A stretch of DNA of 64,000 bases from an uncultured delta proteobacterium (lineage in GTDB: Bacteria > Myxococcota > Myxococcia > Myxococcales > Myxococcaceae), in the NCBI GenBank assembly GCA_963771175.1, contig CAVYSY010000039.1, positions 1 through 64,000 of the forward strand, given 5' to 3'. Positions 1 through 10,137 of this stretch are shown here, piece after piece. The notes under the pieces were generated by a model, which was not told the DNA's origin, searched no databases, and worked only from the letters and a program-made list of their open reading frames with translations. Positions within the stretch are counted from its first letter, which is position 1. Each line of letters opens with the position of its first letter. Both the position numbers and the translations under genes were made by a program.

Positions 1-597
1 ATTTCCACACCTGCGCCGTCCTCTCGAGCAACTCGGTGCGCTGCTGGGGCTCCAACTCCTCTGGCCAGCTCGGTGATGGGACGACGACGAAAAGCAGTAC
101 GCCCGTGCTCGTGTCCGGCCTCTTGTCGGTGCAGTCGCTGGCCGCCGGCGTCTCCCACACTTGCGCGCTGCTCTCGGGCGGCACCGTCAAGTGCTGGGGG
201 GACGACAATCACGGCCAGCTCGGAGACAGCTCGGCGATCAGCGATTCGCTGGCTCCGGTGGCGGTGAGCGGCCTGTCGAATGTGGCCTTCCTCGGGGGAG
301 GGCTCACCCATGGCTGTGCCATCCTCGCGAACGGGAGTGCCCAGTGCTGGGGCAGGAACGACAGCGGGCAGTCTGGGGGATACCACCAACACCCATCGCT
401 ACACGCCGGTGGCCGTGTACGGCACGTTGTTCATCCAGATGAACAGCGCGGTGGTGATCGGAGGCGGCGAAAGCCACTCGTGCGCGATGCGCTCGAATGG
501 GATCGTCCGCTGCTGGGGGAACAACACCTACGGTCAGCTCGGCGACGGCACGAACAACCCCAGCACGTACGCGGTCACCGTGTCGGGCTTCCCGTGA
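1..597 (+). CDS. RCC1-repeat (BLIP-II-like) beta-propeller protein, 5'-partial, frameshift near 370
   Basis: Repeated HTCA...V(R/K)CWGxNxxGQLGDG motifs in ORF 36..659. They continue in ORF 280..597 (HSCAMRSNGIVRCWGNNTYGQLGDGT), which stops at 597. Confidence 0.85.
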
Positions 598-786
598 TGG
601 GCCCTGGGGCGTGCCTGGGCGAACAGCGCAGCAGCGGGTTCACTGCCGTCGATGCGTGAAGCACACAGCCGCAGCCATTCCGCGCAGGTCCGGAAGGCCG
701 CTCGTCGGGGAAGCTGGCCGTCAGCCACCACCCAGGAGAGGATAGGTTGGTTGCTTCTGACCATCCGGCCGGGGAGGCTGCCGGCC

Positions 787-2415
787 ATGTCGCGAGCCCT
801 CGCTGCCCTCCTCGTCCTGTTCGCCCTGCCTGCTTCCGCCCGGGCCCCGAAGCTCACGTTGTTCATCAGTGTCGATGCGCTGGGCAGCGACCTGCTCCTG
901 CGCAACCGTCCGCGCCTCACCGGGGGCCTGGGGCAACTGCTCGACACGGGGGCTTACTATCCCTACGCCCGGTATGCCTACGCGGAGGCCCACGTACCGC
1001 ACCGGGTCACGCCACGTTGGCCACCGGCGCGAACCCCTGGCGCCACGGCATCGTCGACAACGTACGTCCATGACCGGGCCACGGGCCAGAACGTGCAGCG
1101 CCAGTCGGACCCGACGCACGCGGTCCTGGACGGAGTCACCGTCCCCTCGTCGGACACCAGCCCCGAGAACCTGATGGCGGAGACGCTGGCGGACCGGCTG
1201 CGCGTGTTCACGCAGGGTCGGGGCAAGGTGGTGGCGCTGTCGTTCAAGGCGCGCTCGGCGATACCACTGGCCGGGCGTCAGGGACAGGCGTGGTGGTTCG
1301 ACGAAGCGACGGGGAAGATGGTGACGAGCACCTGGTACGCGAAGGCGGTGCCCGAGTGGATGCAGGCTTTCGACGCGCGCAAGCTGGCCGACGCGCAGGA
1401 CTTCGGCAAGACGCGGGAGCTGCTGCGTCCGCGCGCCGAGTACGTGGGCGAGGACGACCGAACCGCGGAACCGCCGGACCCCTACCGCATGGGCCGACGT
1501 TTCCCCACGCGCTGAGCGGCGGCCTCGAGGAGCCGGGTCCCGCGTCGTACCGGGTCTTCGGCGTGTCGCCCCGTTCCCATGACCTGCTGGTGCAGGCGGC
1601 GAAGGCGGCGCTCGAGGGCGAGGGCCTGGGCAGGGATGACGTGCCGGACATGCTCGCGGTGAGTTTCAGCGGCACGGACGCGGTGTTCCACGCGTTCGGT
1701 CCGTACTCGTGGGAGATGCAGGACACGCTGCTGCGGTTGGATCAGGCGCTGGGAGAGCTCATCACCGCCGCCGAGCGCGCGGCGGCGAGGCCGGGCCAAC
1801 CTGGTCATCGCGTTGTCGGCGGACCACGGCGGCGCGGAGATTCCGGAGGCCTGGGCCCAGGGAGGCGTGCCCGCGGCGCGTCTCAACCCGGTGGAAGCGG
1901 CGACGGGACTGGCCCAGGAGCTGCGCGCGAAGTTCGGCATCGACGTGACGGTGAAGTTGCTGGAGTTGGACGTCTACCTGGGCGGCAAGGCGCTGGAGTC
2001 GGGACAGGTGGACGGTGTGGCGGTGCGGAGAGCATCGGCGGCGTGGCTGTCGAAGCAGCCCTTCGCGGTGACGGCGGTGGCGAAGGACGACCTGGACTCG
2101 GGCCCCGGACATCGGGGGGCTGGTGGCACCGCTGCGGCGCGGCTACTACCCGATGCGCAGCGGGGACGTGCTCTTCGTGTCGAAGCCGTTCCATGTGGTG
2201 AGTGACTACCCGCGCGGGACGAACCATGGCACGCCGTACTCCTACGACGTGCAGGTGCCGGTGGTGTTCGCGGGCCGGGGGGTGAAGCCGGGCCTGTACC
2301 TTCGAGAGATCGACCCGGTGGACGTGGCACCCACGCTGTCCGCGCTGCTGGAGATGGGGATGCCCGCGTTGGCGGAAGGCAAGGCCGGCGTGCGGAAGCC
2401 CTCACCGGCCGGTGA
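787..2415 (+). CDS. Alkaline phosphatase / nucleotide pyrophosphatase family protein (PafA-like), several frameshifts
   Basis: Signal peptide MSRALAALLVLFALPASA. Motifs ISVDALG, TAPGHATLATG, SFSGTDAVFHAFGP, SADHG and GTNHGTPYSYD are spread across ORFs 652, 747, 1290, 1813 and 2123. Likely stop is 2415 (AEALTGR*), alternatively 2461. Confidence 0.8.
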
Positions 2416-2576
2416 TGGCTTCAGCGTGCGGGAGGTCGTGGGGATTAACTGCGGAGTGTAGTGCCCCACCCCGTTCTGACGCGCGCTGAACGATGTCGCC
2501 GCGGACTACCTCCGGCAGAACAGTCGCGTTGCTCCCTGTCTGGCCAGCGGGACGGAGAGGCCTGCATCCTTCCCCA

Positions 2577-3502
2577 ATGGGCAGCTCTCCGCGCACCCTT
2601 CTCGCTGGTGTGGTCGTCGCTTCGGGGTTGCTGTATCCGGCGGCCGCGAGCGCACAGGACCTCGGGCACAAGATTCCCGGCGGCATCGGAGTGGACGCGG
2701 GCGTGCAGCGCCAGCCCGGGCTCTACCTCGTCGATCGGTTCCTCATCTACTCCGCGAACCGGCTCCGCGACCGTAACGGCCAGGTCCTGCCGGTGCCGGG
2801 GTTCGACCTCGATGCGATTGGAAACGCCGTGGGCGTCAGCGGCACGCTCCAATGGCGGCAGGGCCCCTACCTGAGCGCGACGATCGCCGCGCCACTCGCG
2901 CACGTCTCCGTGAGCAGCGAGGACCCGCTCGCCAACCTGGATCGCTTCGGCCTCGGCGACGTGTACGTGATGCCCCTGCAACTGGGATGGCGCCTGCCCC
3001 ACTTCGACGTGGTGACCTCGTATGGAATCTACATCCCCACGGGGCAGTTCGACATTCGCGGAGGCAAGGGGGTCAGCAGTGGGCAGTGGTCGATCAGTTC
3101 TCGCTCGGCGGGGCCGTGTTCTTCGACCCGAACCGGCGCGGGCGTGCCTCGGCGCTCGTGAGCTACGACCTCAACTTCCGCAAGCGGAACATTGACATCA
3201 CGCGGGGTGACACGGTGCAGATACAGGGGGGCGCGGGCGTGCTCCTCTTGAAGGTGGTGGATGTCGGGATCGCGGGATACGCGCTCTGGCAGGTCCGCGA
3301 CGACCGCGGGGCGGCGCTTCCCGACGTCCTCCGGGGAGCGCGTGAGCGGGTGTTCGGCATCGGGCCCGAGGTCAACGTCCAGATTCCCAGGCTCCGGACG
3401 AGGGTGGGCGCGCGATACGTATGGGACATCGGAGCCAGAGCACGTCCCCAGGGACGCTTGCTGACGGTGACCGTGTCCTTCCTGGCGTGGAAGCCGGAGT
3501 GA
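2577..3502 (+). CDS. SphA / MetA-phenol-degradation family outer-membrane beta-barrel transporter, frameshift near 3090
   Basis: Signal peptide, then PGLY, GLGDVYVMPLQLGW, YIPTGQFD, GIAGYALWQVRDDRG and FGIGPE motifs. Split between ORFs 2493..3161 and 2852..3502. Confidence 0.7.
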
Positions 3503-3691
3503 CGGGACTCCGGGCGACAGCCCCTGGAGGCCAGCAGAAGGTTCGTGCTCTCGGCGTGCGACACCGGGCGGGGTCGGCGGGACCGAAATTTCCGCCGATC
3601 CGGCCTGAATCCCCGCTCTCCCATTCATCGGGGTCCTGACGCATCCTCCGGTCCAATCGCCGGCCTCCCGCAGGCCTCCCGAGGACACGTC

Positions 3692-4127
3692 ATGACTCAC
3701 AAACACCCTGCCCCCTCCGTCCACCACATCGTGCCGGGCTTTGGTGCCGACCGCGCCGCCCACTACGACACCCAGGCATCCGTCAACCTTGCCGGCGTCC
3801 AGGCGGCGTACGAGATCGGCGTCAGCGCGCTGACCGCCCAGCTCGACGGCCAGGACACGGCGTCGCTGCTCTTCGTGGGACTGGGCACGGGCGCGGAGTT
3901 GATGCCCTACACCCGCTTCGACGTGCCGGGCTGGCGCTTCACGGGCGTGGATCCCTCCGACGCCATGCTCGCCGTCGCCCGCGAGCGCCTGGAGGCCGAG
4001 GGAATGCTCTCGCGCACGCACCTGCACGTGGGCGAGCTGCACACCCTGCCTCTCGGGCCCCCGTTCGACGGCGCGCAGATGATGGGGGTACTGCACCATG
4101 TGGAGGGCGAGGAGGCTCGCCTCGAGC
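3692..4127 (+). pseudogene. Class I SAM-dependent methyltransferase, 3'-truncated
   Basis: LLFVGLGTG, GVDPSDAML and GVLHHV motifs are present. Similarity ends at EEARLEL, exactly where a mobile-element end motif starts (4128). The ORF then runs on to 4213. Confidence 0.7.
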
Positions 4128-4310
4128 TGCCCCACCTTCCTCCACACTTATTTGAGCAGCTCCGCGTTCGCTGGAGTCATTTCCCTGGGCCGTGGCGGCC
4201 CTCAGTCGCTTGAGCGTCGAGCGCTCGAGCTTGTACCACCGAGGGGTGCCAGGACCGCCGCCCTCGACACATCGCAGCCAGCCCTTCTCCACCGACGGCG
4301 TGGCGGCTCC
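4128..4310 (-). mobile_element. Remnant end of a second copy of a DUF5372/serine-recombinase-type element
   Basis: 4128-4157 TGCCCCACCTTCCTCCACACTTATTTGAGC matches 5594-5622 at 26/30. The minus strand reads VEKGWLRCVEGGGPGTPRWYKLERSTLKRL...AQISVEEGG, parallel to AQINAEEEGHYA* at the other copy. Confidence 0.55.
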
Positions 4311-4337
4311 CTGGGTCCGTGATATCCCCTGGGTCCC

Positions 4338-5369
4338 ATGACAGGACAGCGCCCCGGACCTTCCCTGCGAGCGGCGCTCCTCGCCTCCGCCTGCCTGCTC
4401 GCGCCCGGCTGCGGGGGCGGGAGCACGGGCCCGTCGAGCCGGGCCATCGTGACCCACGCGGTGGCCCCCGCCTGCGACGACATGGGGGTCTCGTTCACCA
4501 ACGACATGGGCGAGGAGCCCCTGACCCACTATGAGCCGGTCTGCTTCCCTCCGTACTTCTACAAGTACGAGGGTTACTTCCTGGCCTCCACGGGCCAGGC
4601 GGTGCCCCGGCTCGAGAAGACCTGTGGCGCCTTCCGCATCCTGGTCGTGTTCTTCGACACCGCGGCCAACCGGGACGCCCTGCGCATGAACCCCAATGTG
4701 ACCCAGCTGCCCAGGGCGCTGCTGGACACGGATGTCCACGCGGCATTGACCGCAGTGTTCGCGGAGTATGTCCCGGCGCACGTCTTCCGCCACCTTCCCG
4801 TCCGGCCCCAGGTCTCCTTCACCTACGACGTGAAGGTGTTCCCGGCAGAGCACCCGGAAGTGCTGGGCAGCGAGGAGACGGCCGGCTTCGCAGCCTACGA
4901 CGCCGTCGTGTTCCTCGAGGACCTCCCTGGACAATTCGCGGGCTACGGCGTCGGACGATGGCCGGTGAATCATCCCATCTTCAGGACGGATGAGCCGGCC
5001 GCCCTGCGAATCGATCCACTCCACGTGAGCCCGGGCCTCTTCTTCAACGAGCTCTTCCGGCGCAACGTCCCGGTGCTGCTCGCCCAGTACGTCAAGGGGC
5101 CCGAGACCTTCGAGGAGGTGGACGGCGTCGTGTACGACCGGACGCAGGTCTTCAACCTGCGGACCGGCCGGGTGCTGGAAAAGAAGGACTACGCGCTGCT
5201 CTCCCTGGTGCTCAACGGCTGGCATGACGTCGATGAAGACGGCATCCAGGACTGCGTCGACCCGGAGATCCACGCGGGCCCGGGGAACGTGGACGCGGAC
5301 TGGGTCCCCGACACGCTGGACCCGGACCTGGGAGCCGACAACGGGCCCTTCCTCTGGACGCGCGGGTGA
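4338..5369 (+). CDS. Putative lipoprotein with C-terminal acidic Ca-binding (DxDxDG, TSP3-like) repeats
   Basis: Lipobox-like LLAPGC. Tail contains DVDEDGIQDCVDP and NVDADWVPDTLDPD. Intact 343-aa ORF. Confidence 0.65.
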   Translation: MTGQRPGPSLRAALLASACLLAPGCGGGSTGPSSRAIVTHAVAPACDDMGVSFTNDMGEEPLTHYEPVCFPPYFYKYEGYFLASTGQAVPRLEKTCGAFRILVVFFDTAANRDALRMNPNVTQLPRALLDTDVHAALTAVFAEYVPAHVFRHLPVRPQVSFTYDVKVFPAEHPEVLGSEETAGFAAYDAVVFLEDLPGQFAGYGVGRWPVNHPIFRTDEPAALRIDPLHVSPGLFFNELFRRNVPVLLAQYVKGPETFEEVDGVVYDRTQVFNLRTGRVLEKKDYALLSLVLNGWHDVDEDGIQDCVDPEIHAGPGNVDADWVPDTLDPDLGADNGPFLWTRG

Positions 5370-5521
5370 GGGGCGCGGCCGCTCACCAGACCCGGGATGG
5401 GAACAGCTGGAGTGCCGCGCGACCAGTTGCAAGCTGGCCGTAGTTATTGTTGCCCCAGCCCCTCACATCCGCAGCGCCTCATCACTCCCGGCTCCTTCCA
5501 CACGCGCGAGGGCTCGAAGCG

Positions 5522-6340
5522 CTGGATGTGTTCGCCTGCGTGAGGTGTGGAGGCAGGCGGCGAGTGCTGGCGTACGTGATGGCCTATGCATAATGCCCCT
5601 CCTCCTCCGCATTTATTTGAGCCTGCCCATAGTCACCTGACTTGTAGCTCTGGGCTCTCTCGAACTTCATTGTTCATCGCTTCGCTGCTCGTCCCTTGCC
5701 TCTGAGCGATGTGCTCCGTGCAGGTCTCAACGTAGGACTGGCCGCGGGAGTGGGCACGACCGGCGAGCCGCGTCTCTGCTCGAGCGCCACCTGCACGGCC
5801 TGGCAAGCTCCAACAGCGCGGGGACCGAGAGGCGGACCTCCCGGCCACCGACGCTCGGCGGAACGAGGGGTGGGGAGCGATCCGTCCACTCGAGCGGCAG
5901 TCGCATGTACTGGCCTGGAGGGTGCTCGACGTCCACGTAGCGCCGGCCGTCCTGGCTGCGGATGAACCGAGCGACTGGCAGCGCCACTCCCTTGAGGGGA
6001 TGAATCGGCAGCGTGACGGTCACGCGCTCAATTAAGGGTGGCGGACCCGTGGCAGTGTGTCGGTGCCGTCGTGAAGGGAGCACGAGGGGTGCGCACGATT
6101 CTGGAGCACCTGGGCTTGCCCACGGCAGGTGCGAGGTTGGCCCCGGCGCGAGGGCCATCCCAGGTAGAGTGGTGTTGAGGCGCTCAAGCCGCCCCAGCCA
6201 AGAGGCCCAGGCCCCTGCCGCGCACCTGATGGGAGCGCGGCCTGAGCAGGCCTTGTACCCCCAGGGGGCTGCGCGGCCTCTGCACAGGCCGGGCGCACAA
6301 CTCAGGCGCCCCCCTCTGCCGCCCTCCTCGGCCCCTCCGC
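5522..6340 (+). mobile_element. IS91-like (HUH Y2) transposase 3' remnant, interrupted by an insertion
   Basis: LDVFACVRCGGRRRVLAYV (5522-5578) rejoins VKGARGVRTILEHLGLPTAGARLAPARGPSQVEWC* (6071-6178) when the insert is removed. This CxxCGG...ILEHLGL...ARGP tail is typical of IS91-family transposases. GC-rich 3' flank follows. Confidence 0.7.
5579..6069 (-). mobile_element. About 490-bp non-autonomous insertion carrying a DUF5372 (Y4bD-like) ORF, with imperfect terminal inverted repeats and a 4-5 bp target duplication
   Basis: CGTG(A) is duplicated at 5575 and 6070. Subterminal IRs lie at 5594-5622 and 6026-6054 (20/29). The ORF reads VTVTLPIHPLKGVALPV...LPLEWTD...LSVPALLELA. Confidence 0.65.
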
Positions 6341-6345
6341 TCTAA

Positions 6346-7149
6346 TTAATGCCGCCCCAACTCCCTGTCCCAGGCAGCCAACTGCACGGTCACCGTGTAT
6401 TTGTAGGCGCTGGAGAGAGTCTCGAACCTCTCCGGGGGAAGCGCGGAGAGGCGCTCGCGCAGGAAGCCCGGGTCACTGAGCTCCTCGCGGTGTTTGAATT
6501 CGGTGTCCTCCTCCACCAGGACAGGAATCACCCGGAGCACGGCCTCCAGGCAATCCTCTCGGGTAGCGCGAGCCATGCACTCCACTGTCAGGGCCATGTG
6601 CTCGCGGACCGAGGCAGGGCCTCCGGGGCACCATGCCTCCAGGGTCTTGCGGTAGATATCCTCCATGAGCTCTTCCAGCGTGTACTTCTTACCGAACCAG
6701 AACGCGTAGCGAGGGCCCTGGAGCACATCCCAGAAGCGGAGGACCGAGGCGAGCCGGTTCGCCATGCGCTCCGCGCTCCGCGGCGGGGGCGGAGACACGG
6801 CATGGTCGAGAGCCCCCCAAGGAGTGCCTAGACAGAAGGACTCGAAGGCATCCCTCATGCGCTGGTGCTCCTCCTTGGGGACGATTTCATTCAAGCTCAT
6901 GAAGACGTCGCCGAACATGTGCACTCGCCAGCGCGGGCGGGCCCAGTCGAAATCTTCGGCCCCTGAGTGCATCACCAGCACCTCGCCGGGCGGCACCTGG
7001 CGCATCTGCCGGGGCTGGGGAAAGGCACCGGTCTTGAGGTACTCCCGGGCCCACCAGTGGCCTTCGGCTCTCACCTTGCGGCGGATGGCGGCGGTGGTGC
7101 CGTAGAGCCACGCTGGAAACTCAAGCACCGGGGACTGTTCCGTGGTCAT
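6346..7149 (-). CDS. Conserved hypothetical protein (myxobacterial type)
   Basis: Intact 267-aa ORF starting MTTEQSPVLEFPAW, with coding-like composition. No recognisable motif. Confidence 0.7.
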   Translation of the reverse strand: MTTEQSPVLEFPAWLYGTTAAIRRKVRAEGHWWAREYLKTGAFPQPRQMRQVPPGEVLVMHSGAEDFDWARPRWRVHMFGDVFMSLNEIVPKEEHQRMRDAFESFCLGTPWGALDHAVSPPPPRSAERMANRLASVLRFWDVLQGPRYAFWFGKKYTLEELMEDIYRKTLEAWCPGGPASVREHMALTVECMARATREDCLEAVLRVIPVLVEEDTEFKHREELSDPGFLRERLSALPPERFETLSSAYKYTVTVQLAAWDRELGRH

Positions 7150-7172
7150 GGCTTTTCGCCCTACCATAGCGG

Positions 7173-7286
7173 TCAGACGCTCCTCAAGCGCGCCTGGGCA
7201 CCGAGGGCCGCCACGAGCACCAGGAGAAAACTCGCTAACCCAAAGGTGCTCCTCGTCCTGGTTGCACGCTCTTTCATGGCCAACAT
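7173..7286 (-). CDS. 37-aa signal-peptide-like small ORF, possibly a truncated secreted-protein gene
   Basis: GGAGGAG immediately precedes the first ATG, and a second ATG lies 3 codons in. Sequence MLAMKERATRTRSTFGLASFLLVLVAALGAQARLRSV*. Confidence 0.35.
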   Translation of the reverse strand: MLAMKERATRTRSTFGLASFLLVLVAALGAQARLRSV

Positions 7287-7345
7287 GCTCCTCCCGGTAC
7301 AGTGTCCGGGCGACGATCCCACCTACAACGGCCCGCCGTGAGGCG

Positions 7346-8999
7346 CTACTTGCGGTGAAGCGCCACGGCGGGCGTGGTCTCCGCCACCACGGCGAAGGCC
7401 GCGCCCCGCTCCTCCGCGGGCAGCAGCTCCAGACTCGCCCCGAAGGCCCGCAGCATCGACTGGGCGATCGTCAACCCGAGCCCCGTCCCTCCCCGCTCGC
7501 GCGCGGTGGTGAAGAAGGCATCGAAGATGCGCGCACGGTTGGACGCGGAGATGCCCTGTCCATCGTCCCGCACCACCACCCGTCCCCTCCCCTCGCCCGC
7601 CGCCACGTCCGCCTCCAGCCGCACGTGCACGCCCTCGCCCCCGTGCTGCGAGGCGTTGGTGATGAGCTGCCAGAGGATGTCCTCCAGCACCTCGGCGGGC
7701 AGTCCCAGCCAGAGCCCCGAGGGCACGGGGGCCACCTCCACCCGCGAGCCCCTCGGCCCGGGCGCGCTCCGCGAGGGACTCCAGCAGCGGCGCCAGCTCG
7801 GTGCGTGAGGGGCGGGCCACCAGCGAGTCCGCGCGGGCCAGCTCCAGCAGCCGCTGCACCAGCCGGGTGAGGCGCCGGGCGTCCGCGTCGATGTTGGAGA
7901 GGAAGCGCTCGCGCTGCTCGGGCGTCATCTGCTCGGCGCTGTCCCGCAGCAGCTCCACCGCGCCCTGGATGGAGGCGAGCGGCGTCTTGAACTCGTGCGA
8001 CACGTTGGCCGCGAACGAGCGGATGTACTGGTTGCGATCCCTCAACGCCGAGGCCATGCCGGCCAGCGACTCGGAGAGCTCGGCGAGCTCCTGCACCACC
8101 GGGCGAGCCACCGGCTCGAAGCCCTCGGGGGCACTGGCGGCGATGGCCCGCGTCTGCCGCACCAGGGCCCTCACCGGGCGGACCACCAGCGTGGCCGCGG
8201 CCAGCGACATCAGCGCCACCACGCCCAGCAGCACCAGCCCGGTGGCCGTGAGGTTCCACCGGTCCGCGTAGACGGCCTTGGCGAACGTCATGGGCGTGCG
8301 CGAGAGCACCACCGCGCCCCAGACCCGCTCGCCCTCGAGGATGGGCAGCACCACCGTCACCCGCACGCCGGTGTCTCGGCTCAGGGAGGCGAGCGGAGCG
8401 TCATCGGGATCGGCGAGCCGCTGGCGCAGCACGCTGCGGGGCTCGCCGCGCAGGGCCCGCAGCACCTCCTCGCGGGCCGCCAGGGTGGTGCCCAGACTGG
8501 AGATACCGCTGGTCGCCACCACCACCCCTTGGGTGTCCACCACGCGGATGCCGGCCAGGGTGGAGCGCGCCACCTCGAAGAGCAGCGGGGAGAGCCGCTT
8601 GCCGGCCCGCAGCGCACGGGGCTCGGCGGGGATGGCCGAGAGCGGGGGTGGCTCCTCCGCCGGAGGGAGCGCCTCGTCCGAGGCGCGGAGGGACGGGAGG
8701 ATGGGCCGCAGGTGTGCGGCCGGCGCAGCGAAGGGCCACTGCACCAGGCGGGACGAGCCATAGACCTCGGTGCCCACGTGCTCTCGCAACAGGGCGCGGT
8801 ACACCTCGGACACGACGACGCCCTGGGTGATGAGCTCGGTCTCCGTCTGGCGGATGAGCTGGTTGTCGTAGACGCGCACGAGCACCAGGCCGAGCAGCGC
8901 CAGCACGAGGGCCCCGAGCCCCACGGCCGAGAAGACCATCCACAGGCGCGGGCGGGCGCGCCTGGCGTCAGGGGAGCGCGAGCCGGTAGCCAAGGCCAT
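7346..8999 (-). CDS. Sensor histidine kinase (CreC-like: TM-periplasmic-TM-HAMP-HisKA-HATPase), frameshift near 7745
   Basis: H-box NVSHEFKTPLASI in ORF 7323..9020. N/G1/F/G2 boxes (LITNASQH, DDGQGI, IFDAFFTT, GGTGLGL) in ORF 7346..7741. Start position is approximate. Confidence 0.85.
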
Positions 9000-9669
9000 G
9001 CACCGTCTGGATGACTTCACCGCCCACCGCGGCGAACTTCTGCCGGATGTGCCGCACGTGGCTGTCGATGGTGCGGTCGCTCACCACGACGTCCTCGTAG
9101 ACGCGCGTCATCAGCTCGTCGCGGGTGAAGGCCTTGCCGGGCGCGCGCAGGAGCGCGGCGAGCAGGTGGAACTCGGTGACCGTGAGCACCACCTCGTGCC
9201 CGCTCCAGTACGCGCGCCACAGCTCGAGGTCCAACCGCAGGGGGCCACGCTGCAACACCTGGGCAGGCGTGGACGTGGGCGCCGCCGGGACCGCTCGAGC
9301 CCGAGTGCGCCGCAGCACGGCCTTGATGCGCGCCACCAGCTCGCGCGGGCTGAAGGGCTTGGTGAGGTAGTCATCTCCGCCCAGCTCCAGCCCGAGGATG
9401 CGGTCCACCTCGTCGTCCCGCGAGGAGAGGAACACGATGGGCACCTCGTGGGCGCGGCGCACCTCGCGGCACATCTCCAGCCCGTCCAGCTCGGGCATCA
9501 TGATGTCCAGGACGATGAGCGCGGGCACGGAGCGCCGCACCTGCTCCAGGCCGGCGCGCCCGTTGGAGGCCTGCTCCACGTGGAAGCCCGCCTGCGTGAG
9601 GGCGAAGTGCACGACCTCGCGCAGGTGCGGATCATCATCGACCACCAGGATGGACGGGCGTTCGCTCAA
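8968..9669 (-). CDS. OmpR-family response regulator
   Basis: ILVVDDD, LDIMMP and KPF receiver motifs. Winged-helix RTIDSHVRHIRQK...TVHGLGY. Confidence 0.95.
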   Translation of the reverse strand: MSERPSILVVDDDPHLREVVHFALTQAGFHVEQASNGRAGLEQVRRSVPALIVLDIMMPELDGLEMCREVRRAHEVPIVFLSSRDDEVDRILGLELGGDDYLTKPFSPRELVARIKAVLRRTRARAVPAAPTSTPAQVLQRGPLRLDLELWRAYWSGHEVVLTVTEFHLLAALLRAPGKAFTRDELMTRVYEDVVVSDRTIDSHVRHIRQKFAAVGGEVIQTVHGLGYRLALP

Positions 9670-9732
9670 GACACCCCGAACTCTGGAGCGACGGGCGGTG
9701 CGGATTCAAGCCACCCGAGGTAGAACCGGCCT

Positions 9733-10137
9733 ATGCACAAGCGATTCCTCCTCGTGGCCGCGCTCTCCCTCGCCTCCTCCGCCCGGGCCGATATTCCTCC
9801 TCCGAATATGGAGGGGTGTTTCAACCAGGAGGCGGGCGCGAAGTGCAAGACCGACAGCGGTGATGATGGCACCTGCCAGAAGAAGACGTGCTCGCGCCTC
9901 GACTACAGCAACGGCGTGCCGCCGGGCTCCATCGATTACGACTGTCTCCTGTGCGTCGCGGGCCCTGCCCCCTCTACTCCGCCGGCCTCCACCCCCGCGG
10001 AGTCCAACGCACCCGCCACCAGCACGCCGGCCGCCACCACGAAGGGAAACAGTTGCGCGGCGATGCCCGGTGAGTCGCTCGGCCTGATGGTCCTCGTGGC
10101 TGGCTGGCTCGCCCGTCGGAGGAACCGGAACGCGTGA
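9733..10137 (+). CDS. Small secreted Cys-rich protein with Pro/Thr linker and MYXO-CTERM-like tail
   Basis: Signal peptide, six-Cys domain, PAST-rich linker, then GNSCAA-hydrophobic-RRR C-terminus. Confidence 0.7.
   Translation: MHKRFLLVAALSLASSARADIPPPNMEGCFNQEAGAKCKTDSGDDGTCQKKTCSRLDYSNGVPPGSIDYDCLLCVAGPAPSTPPASTPAESNAPATSTPAATTKGNSCAAMPGESLGLMVLVAGWLARRRNRNA

Noticed and set aside
4128..6054. Integron attC array or a single composite transposon bounded by the TGCC...TTGAGC motifs
   Set aside because: No attC core or hairpin structure and no integrase. The target duplication brackets only 5579-6069.
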